Source: Candidatus Marinacidobacterales bacterium (GTDB taxonomy: Bacteria; Acidobacteriota; Vicinamibacteria; Marinacidobacterales; SMYC01). Taken from it: a stretch of DNA of 64,000 nucleotides. Within the stretch, counting starts at the first letter, position 1. Each line of letters opens with the position of its first letter. Where the stretch lies: the NCBI GenBank assembly GCA_965224085.1, contig CBDCYI010000009.1:160001-224000 (forward strand). The letters are read 5' to 3'. The position numbers and the translations under genes are program-made. This document shows positions 36,609 through 47,500 of this stretch, one piece after another. The notes under the pieces are model-generated. The model saw only the letters and a list, made by a program, of their open reading frames with translations. It did not search any database and was not told the origin of the DNA.

Positions 36609-38453
36609 ATGAAAGACGCTTTCGGAACACTCTTCTTGCTGCTCTTGTTTGCAAGCTTCGCTGCCGCTTCTCCCCTCGAGAACTTAGAGACGATCCCGGT
36701 CTCTGATATCCGGCCCGGCATGGTCGGCGAAGGCCGTACGGTGTTCTCCGGCAGCACGATCGAGTCGTTCAAAGTCACGATATTGGGCGTGTTGCGCAAC
36801 TATGGCCCGAATCAGAACATGATCCTCGCAGAGCTTGAAGGCGGACCGTTGGCCCATACGGGCGTCATCGCAGGGATGAGCGGGAGCCCCGTCTATATCG
36901 ACGGAAAACTCATCGGCGCCGTCGCCTTCGCTTTCCCATTCGCGAAGGATCCCATCGCGGGCATTACTCCGATCCAGGAGATGGTGGAAGCCACCGCGAC
37001 GCCTTCGCGACGCCGCGCTGCCGCACGACTCGAGTTCCCGCTTGCACCCAACACTTTGGCCGGCGCCGTTCCCAAAAAACTACACCCTGTCTCGATTCAA
37101 GGCGTTTCACTCACCGGCGTCGAGTTTCTACAACCACATATCGGAAGACAACTCACGCCGATCGCGACACCAGCTTCTGTCTTGGGGTTTCCGGCGGAGT
37201 CTTTCGAGCACATCGCGCCGCTTCTGCGCGAGCTCGGCATAGAGCCCTTGATGGGCGGCGCGGCAGTAGTACTGAGCGGAGGGTCGCAGGAAGGCACGAG
37301 CCCGAGCCCACCGCTAGCACCCGGCTCCTCCGTGGGCGTTGGCCTCGTTACGGGAGATCTGCAAATCACTGCCGCGGGAACGGTCACGCACGTGGACCCG
37401 GATACGGGCACCGTTTATGCTTTTGGCCACCCGCTCTTCAATCTCGGCCCGATCGAATATCCGATGACGAGCTCTAACGTCCATCTCGTCCTGCCGTCGC
37501 TCATGAACTCCTTCAAGATGGCGAGCAGCGGCGAGACCATCGGCACTTGGGTTCAGGATCGCGCGACGGCCATTCGCGGCGTTTTGGATATCCGGCCCCG
37601 CATGATCAAGATGAACGTCACCGTGTCGACGAGCCGGGGAGAAGAGAAGAACTATAAGGTCGAGATCGTCGATGACGAACTGTTCACGCCGGTTCTGACC
37701 TATGCGTCTCTCGTCGCCATCCTTCAGTCCACCGAGCGGCAGTTCGGCTCTCAAACGGTAAAGCTCTCCGCTTGGATCGAGACCACGTCCCACGGACGGA
37801 TCAACATCGAGGACGTTTTTGCGGATCAGCAGGCTGCGGTATCCGCGTCCGCCATGGTCGCCGCACCGATCTCGTTCCTGATGACCAACGACTTCGAGAA
37901 CGTCGAGCTCGAGAATATTCATGTTAGCCTCGAAGCGACCGAAAGCCCCTTGAACGCTCGTCTTCTCCGCGCGTGGCTCGATTCCGACGAGGTCGCCCCG
38001 GGAGGTACGGTCAAGCTCAAGATCCTCCTCGGAACCTATCGGGGGGACGAGATTCTCGAAACCGTCGACGTCGCAATACCATCCCATATGAGTTCGGGAC
38101 GACTTCAGCTCATCGTTGCCGATGCGCGAACGCTTTCCGCGCTCGAGCGGCGCGAATCTCGGCAGTCATTCGTACCGAAGGATATGAGCCAGCTCATCCG
38201 CGCCATCAACGCGCTTCGAAGGAACAACCGTCTCTACGTCCGGCTCAGCCGCCGCGGCGCGCACGGCGCGATCGTGGCCGGCGAATATCTGACGACTTTG
38301 CCTCCAAGTGTCCTCAACGTTCTCGAAGGGGACGGCTCGTCCTCGAGCAACTACACGCCACTCCGCAACTCCGCGTTCTGGGAACATGAAGTCGTCACCC
38401 AATACAGTGTGTCGGGCTCGCAAACGCTCTATCTGAAAGTGAACAAGCGCTGA
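36609..38453 (+). CDS. SpoIVB/peptidase S55 domain secreted protein
   Basis: Signal peptide, GVIAGMSGSPVYIDGKLIGAV, AFGHPL. Confidence 0.88.
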   Translation: MKDAFGTLFLLLLFASFAAASPLENLETIPVSDIRPGMVGEGRTVFSGSTIESFKVTILGVLRNYGPNQNMILAELEGGPLAHTGVIAGMSGSPVYIDGKLIGAVAFAFPFAKDPIAGITPIQEMVEATATPSRRRAAARLEFPLAPNTLAGAVPKKLHPVSIQGVSLTGVEFLQPHIGRQLTPIATPASVLGFPAESFEHIAPLLRELGIEPLMGGAAVVLSGGSQEGTSPSPPLAPGSSVGVGLVTGDLQITAAGTVTHVDPDTGTVYAFGHPLFNLGPIEYPMTSSNVHLVLPSLMNSFKMASSGETIGTWVQDRATAIRGVLDIRPRMIKMNVTVSTSRGEEKNYKVEIVDDELFTPVLTYASLVAILQSTERQFGSQTVKLSAWIETTSHGRINIEDVFADQQAAVSASAMVAAPISFLMTNDFENVELENIHVSLEATESPLNARLLRAWLDSDEVAPGGTVKLKILLGTYRGDEILETVDVAIPSHMSSGRLQLIVADARTLSALERRESRQSFVPKDMSQLIRAINALRRNNRLYVRLSRRGAHGAIVAGEYLTTLPPSVLNVLEGDGSSSSNYTPLRNSAFWEHEVVTQYSVSGSQTLYLKVNKR

Positions 38454-38490
38454 CGATCTTCCCGGAACACGAGTCGAAAGGAATCTGAAC

Positions 38491-40728
38491 TTGCGCAAGC
38501 AGCCTGCTGGTCGTGTCCTGCTCGTCGCCGCTGCCTTGTCTGCCGAACTCGTAGCACTCGCTGCCGTCCCGACATTCTGGCGGGTCGAGAGCCAGGCGGA
38601 TTTTCTCGACGGTGATACCGATGGCGTCTCCATCAGCTCCGAGGGCACGGTTAGCCTCGCACCCGCGGCGCAAGTGCTCGGCGAAACCACCGACCCGCAG
38701 CTCTGGTCCCTCGCGAGCGACCGCGACGGGGTCGTTTATGCGGGCAGCGGCAATGACGGCCGGATTTACAAAGTCGATGCCTCCGGCACGATGAACGTCT
38801 TTGTCGACACGAACGAGCTCCAAGTACACGCACTCGTCGTCGACCGTCGCGGAAACCTCTATGCAGGCACTTCGCCCCGAGGCGTCGTCTATCGCATCGA
38901 CCCGAGCGGCGCCCAGGAAATTTTTTTCGACCCCGAGGATCGCTATATCTGGGCGCTCGCGCTCGATTCGTTGAACAATCTTCTCGTCGCCACCGGCGAC
39001 GAAGCGCAGGTTCATCGGGTGAGCCGTTCCGGTGAGAGCGAGGTGCTCTTCACGAGCGAGGAGACCCATATCGTCTCGCTCGCTCTCGATGGCTCCGACA
39101 ACATCTATGCAGGGACCGCGTCGAACGGTCTCGTTCTCAAGCTAAACGCCTCCGGCGATGCGAGTGTCCTCTTCGACACTCCGTTCGAAGAAGTGCGCGC
39201 CCTGGTGACGGATACGCGCGGTCGTGTCTTTGTCACCACCGTCAATGGCGGCTCACGCCCTGTGAGTGCGCCTTCGATGCCGTCGAGCACGCCGTCTCCG
39301 ACAACGAACGTCACCTCGGAAGTTACAGCGTCGGTGACGGTGACCACATCCACCACGCCGGTCGTCGCGAGCGCCGCGAGCACTTCAGATGCTCTCTCGA
39401 GCGGCTCCGCGAAAGGTGCTCTCTATCGGATCGACGCCGATGGCGCCACCGAAGAGCTGTGGAAATTTATCCAAGACACCCCCCTCTCCCTTTTGCTCTC
39501 GACCGACGACCGTTTGATGGTGGGGACGGGTAACGCGGGACGCGTTTTCTTCGTGAATCAAAACAAGACGAGCTCCCTTCTCTTGAGCGTCGAGGCCGAC
39601 CAAGTCACCGCGATGCAGGCGGGCGTGGGTGGAGCGGTTCTTCTTGCGACGGCCAATCCGGCCAAGCTCTATCGCCTCAACCGCGGCCGTCGCACGGAGG
39701 GGATTTATCAGTCGCCGACCAAGGATACGGAGACCGTCTCGTTCTGGGGGCGCATCCGCTGGGAGGCGCTCGTCCCCTCCGGGACCTCGGTCGCGATTCA
39801 AACGCGCTCCGGAAACTCCGCCGAGCCCGACAACACGTGGAGTGATTGGTCCACACGCTACACCGAAGCCACGGGGACTCAAATCACAAGCCCGCGCGGC
39901 AGGTTCTTTCAATGGAGGGCCACCCTGAATTCGACGGGCGAGACGAGTCCCGAGATTCTCGACGTTACCGCGATCTATCTTCAGCAGAATCTACCTCCCG
40001 AGGTCTCCGGAATAACGATTCACCCACCCGGTCGGGTCTTTCAAAAACCGATCGTTACGACGGGGGAGATCGAGGTGCTCGGGATGGTTGGAACGCTCTC
40101 CGACGACGGGCGAGATGGAAATGGCGTCCCCAGTGCGAACGGTCCACCGTTGAACCTGACCGCGATGAGCCGTCCCGTTTATCGCAAAGGCGTTCAGACC
40201 GTGACGTGGAACGGCACCGACCCGAACAAAGACGATTTGACCTTCGACGTGCATTACCGGGCCGAAGGCGAGACCTTGTGGCGCGTTCTGCGCGAAGGAC
40301 TCACGAGCCCGGTCATCGCCTGGGATACGGTGGGGATGCCGGACGGGCGCTACACGCTGAAAGTCATCGCAAGCGACTTGTCGGGCAATCCCGCCGAGCT
40401 CGCGCGCACCCGGGAGAGGATGAGCCGGAGTTTAGAGATCGACAACACACCGCCTCGAGTGGAAGCTCTCGCGGTAAGCTCGTCTTCCGGCGGACACCAG
40501 ATTGGCTTCGTGGCGCGGGACGAAATAAGCCCCATCCGGCGCGTCGAATACACTGTCAACTCGGGAGCGTGGAAAGTCGTCTTTCCCGTCGACGGGATTG
40601 CCGACTCGACGGAAGAGAGCTTCGACTTCGAGCTCGATGGCTACGGGGACGGGGGCGTTTACACGCTCGTGGTGAAGCTGACGGACGGGCTCGGAAACGT
40701 CGGGACGGCTGAGGCCGAGCTACGCTAG
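38491..40728 (+). CDS. Secreted beta-propeller repeat protein with C-terminal Ig/FN3-like domains
   Basis: Repeated LA.D..G.LYAGT...G.VY.I blades; WDT..MPDGRY.LKV.ASD and IDNTPP. Confidence 0.8.
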   Translation: MRKQPAGRVLLVAAALSAELVALAAVPTFWRVESQADFLDGDTDGVSISSEGTVSLAPAAQVLGETTDPQLWSLASDRDGVVYAGSGNDGRIYKVDASGTMNVFVDTNELQVHALVVDRRGNLYAGTSPRGVVYRIDPSGAQEIFFDPEDRYIWALALDSLNNLLVATGDEAQVHRVSRSGESEVLFTSEETHIVSLALDGSDNIYAGTASNGLVLKLNASGDASVLFDTPFEEVRALVTDTRGRVFVTTVNGGSRPVSAPSMPSSTPSPTTNVTSEVTASVTVTTSTTPVVASAASTSDALSSGSAKGALYRIDADGATEELWKFIQDTPLSLLLSTDDRLMVGTGNAGRVFFVNQNKTSSLLLSVEADQVTAMQAGVGGAVLLATANPAKLYRLNRGRRTEGIYQSPTKDTETVSFWGRIRWEALVPSGTSVAIQTRSGNSAEPDNTWSDWSTRYTEATGTQITSPRGRFFQWRATLNSTGETSPEILDVTAIYLQQNLPPEVSGITIHPPGRVFQKPIVTTGEIEVLGMVGTLSDDGRDGNGVPSANGPPLNLTAMSRPVYRKGVQTVTWNGTDPNKDDLTFDVHYRAEGETLWRVLREGLTSPVIAWDTVGMPDGRYTLKVIASDLSGNPAELARTRERMSRSLEIDNTPPRVEALAVSSSSGGHQIGFVARDEISPIRRVEYTVNSGAWKVVFPVDGIADSTEESFDFELDGYGDGGVYTLVVKLTDGLGNVGTAEAELR

Positions 40729-41511
40729 TCTCAAAAGATACGAACAGCAACGGTTCGCGGCGCTGAGCCGCGGCCCGTTCGCGATCGTCGACAGGAGGCG
40801 GTCTCCGGGACGAACCTCCGTCGTCGTGAAAAAATAAAGGAAGTTCACGGAAATGGTCTCGTCGCCAAGGCGCACGGGCTCGAATCCCGAGCTGCGCACC
40901 GCTTCCAGTGTGCGCGTCAGCATTTCTTCGTCGCCGCTGCGATAAATCACATCGAGCGCTTGCACCATACCGTTACGGTCAATGGAGGCCATCGTCAAGA
41001 GCGTGCCTTCTTTTCCGAACTCCACATCTGCGAAAGCGAGATGGCCGACCGCGCTTTCCCGGAAACGCGGTGAGCTCATCACTTCGTGTAACAGCACCGG
41101 CTCGGGCAGAGTCGATTCCAGGATCGCCGTGGTGAGGCTACGCGCAGCCTCCTCGCCGTATTGCTGATCGAAAAGGACGACGAGCCCGATGAGAAGCACG
41201 GTAGCTAGCGTGCCGAGTCCTAGCGCCGAGAAAAATCCGGAAGGCTGTTTCGCCCGCATGATCTCGCTGCGCAGCACAGGAACCATCCCGCGCTCTTCGG
41301 CGTCAATTTGTTCCCGAATCTTGGAAGCGAGGGTCTGAGGCGCTCTCATCATTCCGAGATGACGTACGGTATTAGCCGCACTCGACAGCTCGTCGTACTC
41401 GGCGACGCAACGCTCGCAGTCCCTGAGATGTCCGTCCACGCGCGCTGCGGCGGCGGCAGACAGCTCGCCGTCGTAATGGGCAGAGAGCACCGTGGTTCGT
41501 AAATGCAACAT
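40720..41511 (-). CDS. Anti-sigma factor (zf-HC2) with TM and TonB-C-like C-terminus
   Basis: LSAHYDGEL..HLRDCERC, one TM helix, adjacent to an ECF sigma factor. Confidence 0.85.
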   Translation of the reverse strand: MLHLRTTVLSAHYDGELSAAAAARVDGHLRDCERCVAEYDELSSAANTVRHLGMMRAPQTLASKIREQIDAEERGMVPVLRSEIMRAKQPSGFFSALGLGTLATVLLIGLVVLFDQQYGEEAARSLTTAILESTLPEPVLLHEVMSSPRFRESAVGHLAFADVEFGKEGTLLTMASIDRNGMVQALDVIYRSGDEEMLTRTLEAVRSSGFEPVRLGDETISVNFLYFFTTTEVRPGDRLLSTIANGPRLSAANRCCSYLLRLA

Positions 41512-41512
41512 G

Positions 41513-42190
41513 TCACACTTCCTCTTCTAGACCGAAAAGCCCCGGATCGAGTTTGTCTCGGAGGGACTTGCGCGCCCGCGCGAGACGAGACTTGACCGTA
41601 CCGAGCGGCAGATCGAGCGTCGCCCCGATCTCCTCGTAGGACAAGCCCTCGATTTCTTTGAGAAGCAGGATCGTTCGGTGGCTGAACGGCAGCCCGTCAA
41701 TGGCACGCATCAAAAGCTGACTTTCCTCTTTCCGCTCCAAGGCCTTGTCGGGGGCCATCGCGAGCCCGTCCTCGAGTGCTATGAGATCGCAAGTCGGATT
41801 GGCCTCGGCATCATCCAGGCTTATCGCCGTCATCTCGCCAAAACGACGCATCCACCATCTTTGGCGATTCTTCGCTCGATTAATAACAATGCGATAAATC
41901 CAGGTGCGGAGAGAAGCGTCTCGCCGGAAGCTTACGAGCTTGCGGTAGACCTGGAGAAAGACTTCCTGAGTCATGTCGGCCGACTCGTCGTAGCTCCCGA
42001 GCAAGCGGTAGGACAGATTGAAGACCATGTCCTGATAGCGCTGGACGAGCTCATCGAAGGCACTGTCATCACCCGCGAGACAACGCTCGATGAGCGCCGA
42101 CTCATCGCCCGACCACGCCCGTTCTCCGGGGGCGTCGTAGTCGAGATCGAGGAGCTCATGGACAGATAGTGCCGACGTTTCGTTTTGCAT
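41513..42190 (-). CDS. ECF RNA polymerase sigma factor
   Basis: AFDELVQRY, DMTQEVFL, TWIYRI, EGLSYEEI..GTVKSRLARAR. Start uncertain (42190-42244). Confidence 0.95.
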   Translation of the reverse strand: MQNETSALSVHELLDLDYDAPGERAWSGDESALIERCLAGDDSAFDELVQRYQDMVFNLSYRLLGSYDESADMTQEVFLQVYRKLVSFRRDASLRTWIYRIVINRAKNRQRWWMRRFGEMTAISLDDAEANPTCDLIALEDGLAMAPDKALERKEESQLLMRAIDGLPFSHRTILLLKEIEGLSYEEIGATLDLPLGTVKSRLARARKSLRDKLDPGLFGLEEEV

Positions 42191-42390
42191 AAGTCGTACC
42201 AAGGGCCGGCGTATCATGACGGAATCTCCCGCGTATCGTACCACACGGGCGTCTTAGCCTTTCGGACCTGATAATGTATTGGACACCGGCAGCCCCCATT
42301 GTGTTCCCTGTTCGTTGACCCATCCACTGAGGATTTGCTAACCTTCTGTTGGGAATATATTTACGTTGAAGTTTCTGCACCTGCCAGGCC

Positions 42391-43779
42391 GTGATGCGTA
42401 GGTGGTTCCTGCTGCTCCTTGCAGGGAGCGTACTTCTGGGAGCCGCTTCTTTCAGCTATCGCGTGCTCGGCCGCGACTACCGTTATTTTCAGCTCGTGAA
42501 GCTCGGCGACGAGCTCCTCAAAGAACGCCTCCCTTTCCAGGCCAGCCGAACCTACGGCTCTGCCATGGCGATCAAGCCCAAAGAAGCGATCGCCTACATC
42601 AAAAGAGCCGAAGCAGAGCAGCGCCAAGGCAATTTATCGCCTGCCATCGCCGATCTCGAGCACGCGGCGCAACTGTCCGCAGACGTCCGTCTCGTCTCGT
42701 TACGGCTCGCAGAACTTTACTACGAGGTCGAGAAATTCGATGAGGCAGGCGCGCAATACGAGAGAGCTCTCGAGCTCGATCCGTCCGAAGCGGATGTACT
42801 GTACAAGCTCGCGCTCGTGCGTTTTCGCGGCGGGCGCGAAGCGCAAGCACTCGGCGCTTTGAACCGCGCTGCGGCTCTGCGTAACGGTTTTTGGGAAGCG
42901 TATTTTCTGCGAGGCGCTGTGTTCCAAGCACTCGGCGGCCTCGACGAGGCCGAAGCGGACTTTCTCACCGCACTCGGGCTCCGGCCCGAGGCTAAACGGG
43001 CGCGCACGGCTCTCATAGAGCTCTACATCAAAAACGGTAACGCCGACAAGGCCTTTCCTTTGGTAAGGGACGAGATCGACGCCAATCCGGAAGCTCCCGA
43101 GCCCTATCTTCACCTCGCCGACGTCCACGCCATCGCTGGCCGCAACACGGAAGCCATCGAGGCCGTGCGGCTCGCTTTGGAGCAAAATCCGAACCTTCCT
43201 GTCGCTTACTTGAGGCTCGGCGAGCTTTGGCTCGAAGCAGCGACGATCGGTGCGGATCCGGTGGCAGCGGACAGGGCGGTCGCGGCGCTCGAGTCGGTGG
43301 TCAAGATGGATCCGTCAAATGGACACGCCGCGCTGACTCTCGGTCAGGCCTATCTTGCAATGGACGACGAAGCCCGCGGTTTTGCCGAGCTAAAGCGCGC
43401 CACGCAAATAACCCCAATCCCGGCGGAAGCGCATCGCCTGCTCGGTGACCTGTACCGGGCACGCAAGAACCACGCGGCGGCGGTGACCGCCTATCACGTG
43501 TATCTGAAGTTGCGCGGCGATACGCCGCCGGTGCTCGAGCGGCTCGGAGACACGTATGTCGAGCTCGACAATCCAAGCATGGCCGCCGAGACCTATTTGA
43601 AGCTCGCATCCCTCGAGCCCGGTCGTGTTACACCGCTCGTGAAAGCTGCGCGTTCTCAGTTGGCCTCCGGGGACCCCGGCGCCGCCGCCAGGACGTGTCG
43701 CCGCGGGCTTGCAACCAATCCCGAAAACCAAGCGCTTCTGCGATTGCTATCGGAAGCGACCCGACGGGCTTCTTCATGA
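42391..43779 (+). CDS. Membrane-anchored TPR repeat protein
   Basis: N-terminal TM followed by many TPR-like repeats (e.g. AGAQYERALELDP). Confidence 0.9.
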   Translation: MMRRWFLLLLAGSVLLGAASFSYRVLGRDYRYFQLVKLGDELLKERLPFQASRTYGSAMAIKPKEAIAYIKRAEAEQRQGNLSPAIADLEHAAQLSADVRLVSLRLAELYYEVEKFDEAGAQYERALELDPSEADVLYKLALVRFRGGREAQALGALNRAAALRNGFWEAYFLRGAVFQALGGLDEAEADFLTALGLRPEAKRARTALIELYIKNGNADKAFPLVRDEIDANPEAPEPYLHLADVHAIAGRNTEAIEAVRLALEQNPNLPVAYLRLGELWLEAATIGADPVAADRAVAALESVVKMDPSNGHAALTLGQAYLAMDDEARGFAELKRATQITPIPAEAHRLLGDLYRARKNHAAAVTAYHVYLKLRGDTPPVLERLGDTYVELDNPSMAAETYLKLASLEPGRVTPLVKAARSQLASGDPGAAARTCRRGLATNPENQALLRLLSEATRRASS

Positions 43780-44480
43780 GCGAGCTTCTCGCGGTCTTCG
43801 CGCGCGCGCCAGAGCTCGGCCGCGTGAAGACCCGGCTCTGCCCTCCGCTCACGAGCGAGGAAGCTCTCGAGCTCCATACCGCGCTCGTTGCCGATAGCCT
43901 CGATCATTTCGGGCGCGTCGAGCGTCCTGGGCTCGAGCGCGCGCTACTTTTGAGCCAGCCGCTTCTCGACCCGCAGGATTTGAGCGTCCCGGAGGGTTGG
44001 ACCGTCTCCATCCAGTCCGATGGCGACCTCGGCGAGCGGCTCGCGAGTCTTTTCCAAAGCGCGTTTCGAAGTAACGTCACGCGACTCGTTGTTGTCGGAA
44101 GCGATAGTCCGACACTTCCGCGCGCCGTCATCCACGACGCGTTCGACGATTTGGAGCGGCGGAAGGTCGTCGTGGGTCCCGCAGAAGATGGAGGCTACTA
44201 CCTTCTCGGCGCAAGTGCTTGGATCCCCGAACTGTTCCAAAATATCGACTGGGGTACGGGGGAGGTTCTCTCCCAAACGACCGCCGTTCTCACTGGGAAA
44301 AAGCTCGACTTCGCGACGCTCATCCCTTGGTATGACATCGATCGAGGCAAAGATCTGGAAAAGCTCCGCGGGGAGATCGGCTATTTAAAGCGATCCGCAC
44401 CGGACCTCGTGCCCGCGCGTGTGGCAGCGGCGCTCCCCAGCTCGGATGCACCCGAGTTCACGCTCGACCGAGATTTCTAA
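43776..44480 (+). CDS. DUF2064/TIGR04282 family (CofC-like) transferase
   Basis: FARAPELGRVKTRL, GDLGERL, VGSDSPTL, GPAEDGGYYL, WYDID. ATGA overlap with the TPR gene. Confidence 0.9.
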   Translation: MSELLAVFARAPELGRVKTRLCPPLTSEEALELHTALVADSLDHFGRVERPGLERALLLSQPLLDPQDLSVPEGWTVSIQSDGDLGERLASLFQSAFRSNVTRLVVVGSDSPTLPRAVIHDAFDDLERRKVVVGPAEDGGYYLLGASAWIPELFQNIDWGTGEVLSQTTAVLTGKKLDFATLIPWYDIDRGKDLEKLRGEIGYLKRSAPDLVPARVAAALPSSDAPEFTLDRDF

Positions 44481-44517
44481 TCCCAGAAACGCCGTCGCGT
44501 TACGCTTTTTGTTAATT

Positions 44518-47500
44518 CTATTTTTCGAGGCGCAGCGGTCCTCGAGTTTCGAGTTGCTCGTTGAGGGATGGAAGCGCTTCGTCGACGATCGCGTTCAACG
44601 CGGCGATGGCTTTGTCCGCCTCGGTCATGAGCTCGGCAAGACGATTTCGCTGCGTAGAAGTGGGTGCGTGCAGCGTGCCTTGCCGCACGGCGTCCCCGCT
44701 CAGCTCGCCGAATAGGCGTGACGTGCGCGCTAGAAGATTCGGATTGCGAAAGCTCGGTCGTCCACCGCCAATCGGTTTTCGCGCCTCGGCGAGCTCGATC
44801 GCGAAACGCTCAAGCGCCTCTCGCAACGCCGCGTCCTCCGGCTCCTCAAAAAGTCCCTTCAGTTTTGCGATCGTGTCTGACAGTTTCTGTGCCCGTGCTA
44901 CCTCACCACCAAGACGCTCCCGGAGCGCGTTGCCCTCCTTTTGAAATTGGAATCGCTCGTCGAGCTCGCCATCATAGAAATCGTCATCGCCATCGAATCG
45001 CGGATCGAGCCCAACCGTAAAGCTCGCTCGTCGCGGGCCCGTCGCGGTGCCTAGCTCAGCGACATAGCGTCCGGTCGGGACGAGCGCGCCTTGGCCTCGC
45101 GGCACGTCTTTCGGTGCACGCGTTCTCAAATCCCAGGCGACGCGGTGAAATCCCTCGCCGCCTCCGCCCTCGAGCACACGCATCGTCACACCGTTCGCAT
45201 CCTCGACCGTAATCTCGACGGGACCGTCGACCGCGTTCGGTAAGTAATAGCTCAAAAGCGCACCGAATTCAGGGTTGTGTCCGATGAACTGGGCTTGGGC
45301 TCCGTAGCTTTCGTGCTTCCAAGGAAGGAAGATGGTTGCGTCACGAGGCTCGAACATTTCCGGCGAGGTGGTTTGAACGTCGTGTTGCTCGAGGGGCGTG
45401 AGGTCATCCAGGAGGTAGATCGAGCGGCCATGAGTGCCGACGACCAGGTCGTTGTCGCGGGGATGAATTACGAGATCGTCTACCGGTACCGTCGGAAAGC
45501 CGCCCTCCATCCGCGTCCAGCTCGCACCTCCATCCATCGTCACGAACAACCCGGTCTCCGTTCCCGCAAATAGAAGATCCGAGTTCCGCGGATGCTCGAT
45601 AACGACGTTCACCCAGCCGGCTTTTTGTGGGAAGGCTGTGTCCAGGCGGCGCCAACCGCGCCCGAAGTCATCGGTCACGAAGATATGCGGTTCGAAATCA
45701 CCCAGGTGATGGCGGTCGAAGCTCACGTAGGCGCGGCTTGCCGAACTCGCGGAAGCCTGAACGCGACTCACTTTGGCGCGCATCGGGTCGAAGCTTCCGA
45801 AGTTGCCTTCGAGGCTTTCCCAGTTCTCACCTCCATCGCGCGTGAGTTGGATTCTTCCATCATCCGTCCCGACGTAGAGCGTGCCCGGGGCCGCGGTTGA
45901 CTCCGAGACGGTCGTGATCGTGCCCCACGCCCCGACACCGTCGTGACGCGAGAGCATGCCCTCGTCCGGCAGGACGCCCATGATGGCAAGCTCACCGCGG
46001 TCCTCGTTGCGCGTCAGGTCTTCGGTCGCACGCCAGCTCTCGCCTCGATCGTTTGAGATAAACAAACGGTTGCCGCCTAGGTAAATCGTTTTGGCATCGT
46101 GCGGCGAGATCAAGATCGGTGACGTCCAATGGAAGCGATAGCGAGAGCCGGCTTGTTCGGGGTACGGCTTGATAGTCTTTCGGTCGCCGCTCCTTCGATC
46201 GAGCCGCACGATGTTGCCGCCTTGCGACTCGGTATAAACGATCGAGGAGTCTGTCGGATCCACTTGCTGGTACATCCCATCGCCAAAATTGGTTTGACGC
46301 CAGTCGCTGTTCAGGATTCCGATGCGGTTTCGTGTGGCGCTCGGCCCCATCCAGGAATGGGTGTCCTGAGCCCCGGCGTAGATATTGTAGGGCTCGTCCA
46401 TGTCCACCGCGATCCCGTAGAACTGTCCGAGCGGAATGTTGTTCACTTTTAGCCAGTGGACGGCGCGGTCCCAAGACAAATAGAGCCCACCGTCGCCTCC
46501 GAGAACGAGATGTTTCGGGTCTTTCGGGTCGATCCAGAGTGCATGGTGATCGCCATGGACGCCGACGTCATAGCTCGGCGTCATGTCTCGATTCGTCTCG
46601 AAGCTCGCGCCGCCGTCCTCAGACATGTAGAAAGACGAGCCGAGCACGTAGACGCGGTCCGAGTCGGTGGGGTCGATAAAGATCTTGCTGTAGTACATCG
46701 GGCGCGGATTGAGCTCGTTGACTTTCTCCCAGCGCTCGCCGCGATTCGTCGTGCGATAGACGCCCGCCTCGGTCGCGTGTTCAATGAGAGCAAATAAGAT
46801 TCTCGAATCGCTGCGATAAATGGCCACGCCGATGCGGCCGAGGTCTCCTTCAGGCAGACCGTCGTCGAGACGTTTCCAGTGATCCCCTCCGTCGGTCGTC
46901 TTGTACAGGCCGCTTCCGGGGCCGCCACCGTTGAACCCCCACGGCTTCCGCCGCCTTTGATACGCCGCCGCGTATAGTACGTCCGGGTTTTGAGGATCCA
47001 TCGCGAGAGTCGTCACCCCCGTGTCTTCATCGATGAAGAGAACCTTTTCCCAGCTGCGGCCGCCGTCGACCGTACGGAAGACGCCGCGCTCTTCGCTGCT
47101 GTTCCATAGGGCTCCGCCAGCAGCGACATAGACACGATCGGGCCGGCTCGGGTGTAGCGCGATCTTACCGATGTGTTCGGTGGCTTCGAGGCCAACATGC
47201 TCGAAGCTCTCGCCTCCATCGTCCGATCTGTAGACACCATCGCCGAAGCTCGAGCTTTGACGGTTGTTCGGCTCGCCGGTACCGACCCAGACGACATCGG
47301 GATCGGAGTGGGATAGCGCGACGTCACCAATCGAGGACGTATGGTGGCCATCGAAGAGCGACGTCCACGTCGTCCCCATGTTGGTGCTCTTCCACAGACC
47401 GCCGGACGCCGTTCCGACATAGATGATGGAGGGCTCATCTTCGACGACCGCCACAGCGTCGATGCGACCACCCATCACTGCCGGTCCGATCGAACGAAAC

